Of a stretch of 64,000 nt of DNA, positions 11,188-20,092 are shown one piece after another (the stretch's first letter is position 1; the number at the start of each line of letters is the position of its first letter). The DNA comes from Anaerolineales bacterium (GTDB lineage: Bacteria; Chloroflexota; Anaerolineae; Anaerolineales; Villigracilaceae). A program made the position numbers and the translations under genes. The stretch is from assembly GCA_016789205.1 (NCBI GenBank), contig JAEURF010000001.1, positions 16,779 to 80,778 of the forward strand, given 5' to 3'. Under the pieces are notes generated by a model. The model saw only the letters and a program-made list of their open reading frames with translations. It searched no databases and had not been told where the DNA came from.

Positions 11188-11406
11188 TTACAAAGTAATT
11201 AAACCTTCTGCTGGATAATTAATTTCAGTCAACAAAGATTTAATATTATCTTCACTAGCAGGTGCATCAAAAGTAATTTCAACCTTTTTCGTGCTCAAAT
11301 CTGCCTTTACAGATTGAACCCCTTGTAATTCACCCACTTCAGTTTCAATTGTGTGTGTGCAGTGGCCGCAGTGCATAGCAGGGACGTTATACGTTACAGT
11401 AGTCAT
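11188..11406 (-). CDS. copZ: Copper chaperone (HMA domain)
   Basis: MHCGHC motif, 72 aa. Confidence 0.92.
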   Translation of the reverse strand: MTTVTYNVPAMHCGHCTHTIETEVGELQGVQSVKADLSTKKVEITFDAPASEDNIKSLLTEINYPAEGLITL

Positions 11407-11432
11407 TTTATTTTCTCCTAAAGTTTATATTT

Positions 11433-11861
11433 TTATTGTGATACGACAATCAATTCGCCAACCATACCAGCCACTTCATGCCCTTGAATGGAGCAAAAGA
11501 TCTTATACGTACCAGGTTCAGTTGCTGTAAAACTTAACTTACTTGTTGAACCAGATGCGGTAGAAATATGAAGGTCATATTCTGAGGTTTCTCCTCCCAT
11601 GTGGTGTTGCTGACCAGATGAAGCACCTTCCATTTCCATATCCGTGATACTAATCTTTTCAATTACAAAATCATGTTCTTGTGCGCCACTGTTTGTAAAA
11701 GTTAATATTACAGCTTGGTTGGCAGGGATTGTGATAGATGCAGGCAAGAATAAAAACTCATTCATATCCACCGTGATTTCAGTTGCAGGTGTTGAGTTCT
11801 TACTTCCACATGCTGAAAGGAAAAGGACTGACATTGCTATAACTATTTTTTTGTAAAACAT
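11433..11861 (-). CDS. Cupredoxin-domain lipoprotein
   Basis: LSAC lipobox; HDF and CSIQGHEVAGM type-1 copper ligands; GGAG RBS before ATG 11861. Confidence 0.9.
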   Translation of the reverse strand: MFYKKIVIAMSVLFLSACGSKNSTPATEITVDMNEFLFLPASITIPANQAVILTFTNSGAQEHDFVIEKISITDMEMEGASSGQQHHMGGETSEYDLHISTASGSTSKLSFTATEPGTYKIFCSIQGHEVAGMVGELIVVSQ

Positions 11862-11880
11862 ACTTTGAGCTCCTTGAAGA

Positions 11881-12150
11881 TTAAACTTTATTCGACATCT
11901 CAAAAACTTCAGTAATTTCTTTCAACACACGCTGGCGTTCTTTTTTGTCATTGCCTTGTACAGCTGTAATGACACACGAATTCAAATGATTCTCAAGAAT
12001 CTGCGTGCTAACCTTGTTCAACGCTGCATCGATAGCTTGAATTTGGCGAATCACGTCAATGCAATAAGCGTCTTCTTCCACCATACGAATTACGCCGCGT
12101 AAGTGGCCCTCTGCCGTTTTTAATCGTCTAAGTGTGTTTTCGTTATCCAT
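11881..12150 (-). CDS. csoR: CsoR/RcnR family copper-sensing repressor
   Basis: RLKTAEGHLRG, YCIDV and HLNSC motifs. Confidence 0.93.
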   Translation of the reverse strand: MDNENTLRRLKTAEGHLRGVIRMVEEDAYCIDVIRQIQAIDAALNKVSTQILENHLNSCVITAVQGNDKKERQRVLKEITEVFEMSNKV

Positions 12151-12190
12151 TTTTACCTCTGTTTTTTTGATGCAAACATTTTAGATATCT

Positions 12191-12251
12191 TATCCCCCCC
12201 TAGGGGGGTAGGGATGACCCAACTATAAATCCAAATCTGGTATCTTGTCAA
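12191..12251 (-). promoter_or_regulatory. CsoR operator and promoter
   Basis: C/G-tract palindrome TATCCCCCCCTAGGGGGGTA (12191-12210); TTGACA (12251-12246), 18 bp, TATAGT. Confidence 0.8.
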
Positions 12252-12283
12252 GGATTTAGACGATTAGGATGCCTTTATAAAAA

Positions 12284-13387
12284 TCAACTCTGCCGATTTA
12301 TCAGTCGATCTAATTGGTCCGCTGCCTCGTCCTGAAGGTCTGGGAGCACATGCGAATATGTGTCCATCGTCTGTACGATGCTTGCGTGCCCCAAACGCTC
12401 TTGAACGATTTTAGGATGTACCTTTGCCTTTAAAAGAAGAGTGGCAGATGTATGCCTTAGATCATGGAAGCGAATATCTGGCAAACCTGCACCTTCAATT
12501 GCTTCTTTGAACTTCCTAACAAGGAATCGCGGATTTATAGGATTGCCAGTATCAGTTGTAAAAATTAGCCCTTGAGATTTATTTAGCTTACCCAAATAAT
12601 CCCTTAAGATATTGTTAGCAAAAACAGGAAGTTTCACCGCTCGACGGGATTGTTTTGTTTTTGGCTGAGTTACAACAACACCTTTTCCTATCTGATATTG
12701 CACAGCATGTTTTAGGTTTATAGTTCTTTTACTAAGTTCACAATCTTCAACATGAATGCCCAACAACTCACCTTCTCGAAAAGAGCCAAAGATGGCTAAA
12801 ATGTATAGCGTATAAAAGCGATCTTCTTTTACAAACTCCAGAAATTTAATAACTTGTTCAAAGTCATATACACTCATCTCTCGTCGCGTAGGGTGGGGAG
12901 CATCGACGAAATCAGTTACTTTCCGAGAAATAACACCCCATCTAAGTCCATATTTTAATGCGCGACGTATTACAGAATGGATATATTGAACTGTCCGTTT
13001 TGATAAGCCGTGTTCCAGTTTTCGTGCATAAAACCATTGAAGATTCTCTGGCTGAAGGTCGGCAAGTTTCATCTTTCCAAAAGCCGGCAGAATATGAATT
13101 CTTATGAGCGATTCATAAGCTTGAACAGTTTTGGGACGTAAATTGTGTTTCACTACGTTTTCTAAATAACTGTTAAAGAATTCGCTTACAGTAACATTAT
13201 TATTACGAGGTAATAAACCTTTTCTAAGTTGGTTTTGCTGCTCAACAAGCCATTCACGAGCATCTTTTTGTTGTTTAGCATATTTCAGTTTGCTCTTACC
13301 ATTAGGTAAAGTCAATTTTGCAACCCAAAGGCCTTTGGGTTGCCGGTAATAAATAGAACCTTCACCGCGAGAACGTCTACGTGTCAC
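12284..13387 (-). CDS. int: Tyrosine integrase (phage/ICE type)
   Basis: RGEGSIY arm-binding N-terminus; intact catalytic set R (FREGE), K, HDLRH, LGH, Y (TMDTYSH). Confidence 0.96.
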   Translation of the reverse strand: MTRRRSRGEGSIYYRQPKGLWVAKLTLPNGKSKLKYAKQQKDAREWLVEQQNQLRKGLLPRNNNVTVSEFFNSYLENVVKHNLRPKTVQAYESLIRIHILPAFGKMKLADLQPENLQWFYARKLEHGLSKRTVQYIHSVIRRALKYGLRWGVISRKVTDFVDAPHPTRREMSVYDFEQVIKFLEFVKEDRFYTLYILAIFGSFREGELLGIHVEDCELSKRTINLKHAVQYQIGKGVVVTQPKTKQSRRAVKLPVFANNILRDYLGKLNKSQGLIFTTDTGNPINPRFLVRKFKEAIEGAGLPDIRFHDLRHTSATLLLKAKVHPKIVQERLGHASIVQTMDTYSHVLPDLQDEAADQLDRLINRQS

Positions 13388-13514
13388 TGCTTCCTTTTTT
13401 CAAACATAGTGGCGATAAATACCAATCAGCATTATATGATTTGAGATGAAAATATAAAGCTATCTTGTTAAGTGTTTGATATGAATTAATGGTTTTTAAA
13501 ATCTTCAAGTTATC

Positions 13515-13736
13515 TTAGCTAGATACTGAAAATGTTTTAGAGGACGAGTTAGTCTGTTGAGTTAGCCACTTCTGAAGGTCTAATTGTCTGATCCTCACGT
13601 TCCGTCCCAGTCTCAGGTGAGGGATTTGATTCATGGATACTAGATAATATATCTTCGACTTTGAAATCTTTAAATAAAGTGCGACTTCTGGGACTGTTAA
13701 GATTGTGTCTTCCATTATTAAGGTCTTTGTATTCAT
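13515..13736 (-). CDS. Excisionase-like HTH_17 protein
   Basis: LTVPEVALYLKISKSKIYYLV...IPHLRLGRNVRI; directly upstream of the integrase; start uncertain. Confidence 0.9.
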   Translation of the reverse strand: MNTKTLIMEDTILTVPEVALYLKISKSKIYYLVSMNQIPHLRLGRNVRIRQLDLQKWLTQQTNSSSKTFSVSS

Positions 13737-14007
13737 TTTCAACTCCTTGGAAATAATCAACTAGTTTTGCCAGATAAATTGCAACAACTGTAAATCGTTC
13801 TTCTTTCGTCATTTCGCTCGTGTCGTTGATAGGGAAGCGAGGCATATCCAAAAGAGATATATTAGGTTTTGGGTCAAAACCTGACATATTCTTTCCTATG
13901 GCACAGCTTTCAACACATATCTCATTCATGGCATTTCTGCATATCGCAGAACACCAAAGAGGAGGGAGCTGAAAATTCTGTTGTTGATTTTTATTGTTTT
14001 CTTTCAT
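13549..14007 (-). CDS. Hypothetical Cys-containing protein overlapping xis
   Basis: MKENNK...LWCSAICRNAMNEICVESC; the C-terminal ~60 codons overlap xis in another frame. Confidence 0.5.
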   Translation of the reverse strand: MKENNKNQQQNFQLPPLWCSAICRNAMNEICVESCAIGKNMSGFDPKPNISLLDMPRFPINDTSEMTKEERFTVVAIYLAKLVDYFQGVENEYKDLNNGRHNLNSPRSRTLFKDFKVEDILSSIHESNPSPETGTEREDQTIRPSEVANSTD

Positions 14008-14055
14008 ATTATTAATTCCGATGGCCAGCCGAAGGAGGCCGACCATCAACGCAAC

Positions 14056-14187
14056 TCACAAGGTCGCTTTTAAATGCCATTGACCACAATGTCTACATTG
14101 GCAAAAGGGCGGCCTTTTGTATTTAGGTCGTTGCAGACTGATAATGCTCCACAACTCACTAAATACATCACGGAGTATTTGCGCCAT
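14056..14187 (-). CDS. 43-aa zinc-finger-like protein
   Basis: Perfect RBS AAAGGAGGTGA; MAQILRDVFSELWSIISLQRPKYKRPPFCQCRHCGQWHLKATL; not in the ORF track. Confidence 0.7.
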   Translation of the reverse strand: MAQILRDVFSELWSIISLQRPKYKRPPFCQCRHCGQWHLKATL

Positions 14188-14244
14188 AGTCTCACCTCCT
14201 TTCGGCTAACCTGCTTACAACGGGTCAAGCCCGTAGAAGCCTTT

Positions 14245-15729
14245 TTAAAGTGCTGGTGGCTTGGATTGCGTTTCTGCCTTTACATTTCTTTTATTGATAA
14301 CTTCTAAAGCATCACGAATCCTTACACCACGTTCTTGCATCATTCTCTCTTTCAATTCATCAACGTTTGACTTTGAAGGTAAATTTGAAATTTCTTTTGT
14401 CTTTTTTACCCAAAGCACATTTTTGTCGAGTATCTTTTCCGATCTATATCTTCTGATAATGCATTCCCTATGCTGCATCCTTTGAAGGTCATTGGCAATT
14501 TTCAAATACTGACCTCTATCTGGTTCTGTGACAGGGTTTTGGTTCTCCGTTTTTGCAGATAACTTCACAGTTGCTGGATCGTAGGGAAATATCTGTTGTG
14601 CAAGTTCAAACGCTTCCTCAAAGTTGCTAACTGCAAACGAAACAATATTTCCAATAGACCAAATTTGTTGACGTAATGTCGGCGCAAGCTGAGATAAAGC
14701 TTGTAAAACAATATAGAGTTCCAATTTTCTTGAGCGATAAAGCGGGGAGAGCATACCTACCTCTTCAGCCATGCCAGGTATTGAAAGTAAAGAATAAACT
14801 TCATCCATTACCAGAGCTACAGGTTCATCGTTTGGATCGCCTGGCGTTCGTTTATTTATCTCGCTCATAATTAAGGAATAGACCTGTGTAAATAAGTAAT
14901 GTTGTGTATTCTTCTGATTGATGAGCCTTGCACCATTCACCAAAACTATCAGTCCCTTTTTGATAGCTTCCTTTGGAGTCCATGCTGGACGATAGAAGCC
15001 AACTCGGGCACGTGTTGCTGCTGGTTCAACTGCTCCTAAAAGAGCTGTAAGCGCATATGACCGAAGCTCTCTTTCCGCTGGTTTAATTGCCAAGAAAATT
15101 CTTTCCAAGAACCACTTTGCTTCAGGGACTTTGTACCCATAAAGGTCAACACATTTTCTTAAAAGAAGTGGGTCTGCAATGAGCTTCTTAGCTTCAGTGA
15201 CTTGCCATGTTTCTCCATATTCGTTAGTAATGGAAGTAAGCACTCGAAATATTTGAGGTGCGATCTCCCGAAGACCTAAGCCAGCAAGGAACGGTGCATC
15301 TCGAATAAGTTCAGGAGCAAGTTTGGTTAGGTTATTGGAAACCCTTTGGACTTGTTCCTCATATCCAAAGCCATACAGATGAGAAAACTCAGGCATAGGT
15401 ACAGTAAATTCTGGATGTCCCATTTCATCGTATACAAGTCGTTTGATAAATTTCTCGCTTTCCGATTCACTTGAAATGAGTGAAAGAATATTGTCTGTAA
15501 TTGACCCTGACCAATCAAGAACAAAGATAGCTCGGTTGGGATAGGCTTTGAAATAATCCACTAGATGCCGCGCAAGTGAGGAAGTTTTGCCAGTACCTTG
15601 CCTTCCAATATATAAAGTTCCCATGGTAAGACCATCAGGCAAGAGTTCATCATGCGAGATAGTCCTGCTATTCGGAAACGCAGGGTCATCGGGCCACATA
15701 ATTTTCTTAAAAAAGTCTAAATCAAACAT
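14245..15729 (-). CDS. VirD4/TraD-like coupling ATPase (HerA-FtsK superfamily), no TM anchor
   Basis: GRQGTGKT Walker A, FVLD, LVMDEV Walker B, RS...Q.LSQL. Confidence 0.8.
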   Translation of the reverse strand: MFDLDFFKKIMWPDDPAFPNSRTISHDELLPDGLTMGTLYIGRQGTGKTSSLARHLVDYFKAYPNRAIFVLDWSGSITDNILSLISSESESEKFIKRLVYDEMGHPEFTVPMPEFSHLYGFGYEEQVQRVSNNLTKLAPELIRDAPFLAGLGLREIAPQIFRVLTSITNEYGETWQVTEAKKLIADPLLLRKCVDLYGYKVPEAKWFLERIFLAIKPAERELRSYALTALLGAVEPAATRARVGFYRPAWTPKEAIKKGLIVLVNGARLINQKNTQHYLFTQVYSLIMSEINKRTPGDPNDEPVALVMDEVYSLLSIPGMAEEVGMLSPLYRSRKLELYIVLQALSQLAPTLRQQIWSIGNIVSFAVSNFEEAFELAQQIFPYDPATVKLSAKTENQNPVTEPDRGQYLKIANDLQRMQHRECIIRRYRSEKILDKNVLWVKKTKEISNLPSKSNVDELKERMMQERGVRIRDALEVINKRNVKAETQSKPPAL

Positions 15730-16441
15730 TTTGTCTCAACGGATATTGTTTTCCATCGCTCCAATAATAAATAGGCGCAGTCAATTGTTCTCCAATGCGG
15801 ACTTTCAGAAAGGTGGCGTGATCGACAAAAAATACATTTGGAGGAGCGCCAGCGACAGAGCCGGCATGGCGTTCCCCAAGTACAAAATTTTCTACCACTC
15901 CTTTCGGTACATCACAGGCAAAAACCACGAGTGCTTTCGCAGCGAACTTTTCTTCAATCTTTTCTAGATTTCTTGCATAGGCTTGCAACTTACCGCGGAT
16001 TTTTCCTGAAAAGAAGAAATTATTTTTTGTACAATATTCAAAAAGTAACATTCTTCGCTCAGGGTAAATAATTCCCCATTCAGGAACCGATCCACATCCA
16101 TAGAAGAACCTTTCAGCCACGACCACACCATCTGTCCTCGCTCTATAAAAACGAACCAATCCTTCCGTGCAGGCTAGACCATGCGCAACTTTTGAAAGCC
16201 CATATAATTCATCTGTTGTTTTACCTTTTACATGTTTTGGAGCAACATAAATTAATTTCTTACCGTAACGAATGCTTCGTAGTTTTCTTTGTTTTGAGAG
16301 CTTTTGCAAAACACTTTCGGTTCGTCGATGTCGATTACTTTCTTTGCCCGTAAACCATAGTTGAAAATGTCTTTTAGTCGCCCAATGAAATACCTGGGAG
16401 GCTTCGATATACTTCTCTACGGGAATAGAGTACATAGGCAT
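15722..16441 (-). CDS. Replication-relaxation (Replic_Relax)-like protein
   Basis: N-terminal wHTH (L.KL...RKL), AHGLACTE, PEW...LFEYC PD-(D/E)XK-like core and K...Y; overlaps the coupling-ATPase start. Confidence 0.6.
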   Translation of the reverse strand: MPMYSIPVEKYIEASQVFHWATKRHFQLWFTGKESNRHRRTESVLQKLSKQRKLRSIRYGKKLIYVAPKHVKGKTTDELYGLSKVAHGLACTEGLVRFYRARTDGVVVAERFFYGCGSVPEWGIIYPERRMLLFEYCTKNNFFFSGKIRGKLQAYARNLEKIEEKFAAKALVVFACDVPKGVVENFVLGERHAGSVAGAPPNVFFVDHATFLKVRIGEQLTAPIYYWSDGKQYPLRQNV

Positions 16442-16508
16442 TTTTGACCTTTCTGCGAGGAGTTTGGAAAACAAACTTCCGCCATATATCCACATTAGAC
16501 TTTCTACA

Positions 16509-16829
16509 TTAGAAAATCAAATTCACAATCCAAACAGTAATAAAAGACAGAATCACCCATCCCAACACAATCATTACGAAAGCCAAAAACTTAAAGGTGA
16601 AGAAAAGTTGCCGATCCCATTCGGAAGGAAATCTCGCTGCATCAGCTCGATCTAGCCACTCGTTGGCAATCCTTTCTATTATTATGGGAACTCCACTCCA
16701 AAAACTGATAACTGAAGTGAGGATGAAGCTGACCATAAATATAATGATCCTGCCAATCCAAGGAAGGAAGAATCTTAAGACTTGGCTTATCAACTGCATC
16801 AAAGTTAGGAAATTAATCATTCGTACCAT
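16509..16829 (-). CDS. Small membrane protein
   Basis: Two hydrophobic segments; GGAGG RBS; coupled to the upstream gene. Confidence 0.7.
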   Translation of the reverse strand: MVRMINFLTLMQLISQVLRFFLPWIGRIIIFMVSFILTSVISFWSGVPIIIERIANEWLDRADAARFPSEWDRQLFFTFKFLAFVMIVLGWVILSFITVWIVNLIF

Positions 16830-17260
16830 GTCATTACCTCCAGCCAAGTGCCATCTTCCAAAACTACAATCAATGCAGGGTCAAGGAGTGCTACCTGAAA
16901 GATGAACGTCAAGAAAAACAGCAATCCTTTTAGTAAATTGCCTAGTAATGCTTCTACATCTGGTAAAATACCGACAGTCTGATTGTTTTTAAAATCTTGT
17001 TTCTTCGGTGCTGGTGCGGGTAAAAGTCGAGGAGCTTCATGAGCAATCACAAACCCCTTGAAACTAAAACCGAACCTTTTCAATGTCTCAATCCTATCTT
17101 GAGCAACTTGAGGGACATTCACCGGCTCAAAAACCCATTCATCTTTATAGAAAGGTTGAACAGGTACTTCTCCTTGTCCAACAACGCGAAAACGCCAATG
17201 ATTTTTGTATCCGACTTGTATTGCTCTGCGTGCTTCATATGAAATAATTTTTGTGTTCAT
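16817..17260 (-). CDS. Hypothetical protein of the transfer operon
   Basis: AAGGAG RBS; C-terminal hydrophobic segment followed by DPALIVVLEDGTWLEV. Confidence 0.75.
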   Translation of the reverse strand: MNTKIISYEARRAIQVGYKNHWRFRVVGQGEVPVQPFYKDEWVFEPVNVPQVAQDRIETLKRFGFSFKGFVIAHEAPRLLPAPAPKKQDFKNNQTVGILPDVEALLGNLLKGLLFFLTFIFQVALLDPALIVVLEDGTWLEVMTWYE

Positions 17261-17345
17261 TCTTGTCTCCTTTTACGTCAATCATATTGATTTCAATTCC
17301 AAGCACAATCGCTAAACAGAACCTTAGCGCACTAAGGATTAACTT

Positions 17346-18467
17346 ATGAATAATATTGAATCAACGATTTGGCTATTAGCGCACAGCACTAATCCTGAAG
17401 ACAGGCGCGAGTGGGCGGTCCTTTATTGGAGATCCCAAGGACTAAAGCATGAAGAAATCGCTGAGAAGTGGGGATATAGTATTAAATGGGTACAGCGTTA
17501 CACGACGAGAGCAAATAAAAGATTTGAAGTTCCCCAACATCTCAATAATTTAGAGAAATTACAATATTTAGAACAAAATGTCTTTCCGCTAATGCGTAAA
17601 TTTATAGCGAATGAGCCTGACAGCATTAGAGAATTACCTCCTCCACCTACAGAACTTGAACAAGATATTCATATCAATGAAGATAGTGTAGAAGAACAAA
17701 AGGGTGATAAAGTGATTAGCGTAGATGAAAAAAATAATAATGAAAATCCAAAAGATCCACCAATAATTGAGATTCTTCCTCCTAAACAACTTCCTCCACC
17801 AACAGATAGATGGAGAACTTTTAGACGAGTATTCTTTACCATTGTGAGTTTAGTTATCATCTCTTTAGTGGGATATTTTGCTTACAATCTTGGTCGTGGC
17901 GCTACGCCTGTTCCTGAAATAATCGTTATCACTGCCACCTCCATTCCTGCAACTGATACTCCCGTTGATACTCCGACACCCATATTTACTCAAACTTCTT
18001 TACCTACATTTACCTTCACTGCTGAGCCATCTTTTACACCCGCTCCAACAGCAACACAAAAAGGTTACTATGATCAAGGTGAAGGTGTTTTACTCGCCGA
18101 TGGTGTTTATGCATATCTAAACGAAGAATTTCAAGGGCCTGGAAATATTTGTTGGAAGCCTAATAACGGCTTTGCGCTCATCATCATCGTCGAGAACAAC
18201 AGTGATAACGACTATGATGTTCGGTTTGACGCAACAGGATTTCACGCAAAAGATAATTTAGGAAATGAGTATAAACTCCGAGGTTCGGGAATATTTTATT
18301 GCGAAGATAAATTTGGAATTATTGAGGGACAGATTAGGGATGGTTCTTCAAATAATATTGGAATGCAATTTGAAGGGATAATTCCATTGGAAGCCGAGTA
18401 TGTCGATATCACTGTTGATTTTATTTCTGGAATAGGCCCCATAATCTTTAGAAAATATATATATTAA
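17346..18467 (+). CDS. HTH-TM-Pro/Thr linker-extracellular Ig-like protein
   Basis: QGLKHEEIAEKWGYSIKWV HTH; one TM; TATSIPATDTP linker; DUF4352-like C-terminus (VENNS...F.AKDNLGNEY). Confidence 0.65.
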   Translation: MNNIESTIWLLAHSTNPEDRREWAVLYWRSQGLKHEEIAEKWGYSIKWVQRYTTRANKRFEVPQHLNNLEKLQYLEQNVFPLMRKFIANEPDSIRELPPPPTELEQDIHINEDSVEEQKGDKVISVDEKNNNENPKDPPIIEILPPKQLPPPTDRWRTFRRVFFTIVSLVIISLVGYFAYNLGRGATPVPEIIVITATSIPATDTPVDTPTPIFTQTSLPTFTFTAEPSFTPAPTATQKGYYDQGEGVLLADGVYAYLNEEFQGPGNICWKPNNGFALIIIVENNSDNDYDVRFDATGFHAKDNLGNEYKLRGSGIFYCEDKFGIIEGQIRDGSSNNIGMQFEGIIPLEAEYVDITVDFISGIGPIIFRKYIY

Positions 18468-19228
18468 CTTTTTCTTGCTTCATAGATCACATGACTTAAA
18501 GGATCTACTTTCTTATATTCCGTCCTACATTCTTTACAGATTGCTCCTGGCCAATTATCTTTTCCTACCCTAATTTTTTGCCCACAAGAACATTCCCATT
18601 TTTTTAATGTTGATCTACCTTTCTCTTTTTCAGGCTTAAACCAATCCCTCTTTTTTTCTTTTTCTCTTGGAACGTCATCTGGACGGTCAATTCCCATTTC
18701 TCCCATTAGTTGTGCAAACACCCCATCTGCTACTGCAATATGACAACCAACATTTGGTAAGGGATGAAGGCCCAAACTTTCGCATTTTTCTACAAACTCT
18801 TTATTATGGTGAGAACGTCCAGGTCGAACGGGATTATTTCCAACCCTTTGTTGCCAAAGGTGAATCTGTTCATGAAGTAAAGTTTCTAGTTGTGCCCATC
18901 GTCCATATTGCCAAACCATTTTTTCATCTTGCTGAATGTAATGTGCAGTATTAAAAGTTATCTCGTCCAATAACCCTTGTGCATTTCTATTAATCGTGTA
19001 TGCCGCCAAAGTTTTACTGTTTCTCAAATCATCAAACGATATTACAGGATCGGGCATTTGAGTTCGTTCAATTCTAGCGATAGGGTCAATGAGTCTATCC
19101 CTAAATATGACTGCAATATCATATAAGTACTTTGCATCTTCTGAAAATTCCCAATCTCTGGCTGTTTCAGCATTCCTCTTAATTGCAGGTTTTGGATCGA
19201 AATCCTCAAGTAATATTTCTTTCCCCAT
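18464..19228 (-). CDS. SprT-like zinc metalloprotease
   Basis: TLLHEQIH, HHNKEF and a C-terminal CSC...CKEC zinc ribbon. Confidence 0.88.
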   Translation of the reverse strand: MGKEILLEDFDPKPAIKRNAETARDWEFSEDAKYLYDIAVIFRDRLIDPIARIERTQMPDPVISFDDLRNSKTLAAYTINRNAQGLLDEITFNTAHYIQQDEKMVWQYGRWAQLETLLHEQIHLWQQRVGNNPVRPGRSHHNKEFVEKCESLGLHPLPNVGCHIAVADGVFAQLMGEMGIDRPDDVPREKEKKRDWFKPEKEKGRSTLKKWECSCGQKIRVGKDNWPGAICKECRTEYKKVDPLSHVIYEARKS

Positions 19229-19415
19229 ATTCTTTTGTTGCCTCAGCGATTATTGTTATTTGTTCCTGTAAAAACTTTTCTATAGCCATATCTAACAATA
19301 CAGTAAGGGGGATTCCAGTAGCCAACTTTATTTGATAAAGACTTCTAATCCGCTCACTATGAATTTTTGGTTGATATAGTGATTCATCGTCTTTTCGACC
19401 TATCCTATTCTCCAT
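19206..19415 (-). CDS. Small RHH-like DNA-binding protein
   Basis: YQPKIHSERIRSLY...PLTVLLDMAIEKFL strand-helix-helix pattern. Confidence 0.55.
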   Translation of the reverse strand: MENRIGRKDDESLYQPKIHSERIRSLYQIKLATGIPLTVLLDMAIEKFLQEQITIIAEATKEYGERNIT

Positions 19416-19431
19416 AATTCTTTTATTAAAC

Positions 19432-19824
19432 TTAACTAAAAATTACTATGACACTTGGAAATGGTGCAGAATTTTTCTGATCATCAAACTTCAATCTTCC
19501 CTTTATAAATCTTATATCATCAGCCTTTAAAATAAAATTGTGCCACCATCTCGTATCAGTTCTACTAGGAATGAGAAAAACTACTGTCTTTCCTTTTAGA
19601 TGCTCGTCATATCCTTTCTCAATCCATTTTCCAATTTCAGAGCCGTAAGGAGGATTAACGAAATTTACCATTCCCCATTCACTTGCCAATCCATCAAAAG
19701 TCGGTTTAGGAGGGCAGGGATCATAGTCAAAAGAAAATTCTGCATCTAATCCTTGATACAGTGCTTTAGGTGTTTTCCAATTTCCTCTTAGACTTGAAAA
19801 AAGCCCTCGATTTATCCTTCCCAT
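19432..19824 (-). CDS. Phage-type DNA N6-adenine methyltransferase (short)
   Basis: W.TP, D.DPC, NPPY, PSRTDTRWW and GRLKF motifs. Confidence 0.88.
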   Translation of the reverse strand: MGRINRGLFSSLRGNWKTPKALYQGLDAEFSFDYDPCPPKPTFDGLASEWGMVNFVNPPYGSEIGKWIEKGYDEHLKGKTVVFLIPSRTDTRWWHNFILKADDIRFIKGRLKFDDQKNSAPFPSVIVIFS

Positions 19825-19962
19825 ATTACTGTTATTACTCGAATGCCAAAAGACACTTTCGACATTTATCCATGCAATTTCCAGATCACTTATTTACACT
19901 AACAAGTTAAAAGTTTGAGATCAAGTTATTATCCACACAGTAAAAGAAACAGATAGAAACAA

Positions 19963-20066
19963 TATGTTCGTCAAACCACACAAATTGCGCCCTACTTATG
20001 AGCCCGCGCGACGGCTGGACGGCGTGACTGGTAAGAGGGGAACAAAGTTGTGGTTTGACGAACATA
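19963..20066. repeat. 18-bp perfect inverted repeat around a 68-bp GC-rich spacer
   Basis: TATGTTCGTCAAACCACA (19963-19980) / TGTGGTTTGACGAACATA (20049-20066). Confidence 0.9.
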
Positions 20067-20092
20067 ATTAGAAAATGCTAGAATGATTTTGG

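Noticed and set aside
12211-12283. Left att site downstream of the integrase
   Set aside because: No tRNA-Lys 3' half, TTAAGAG core or TAAGGTGTACT repeat; the interval is occupied by the csoR promoter.
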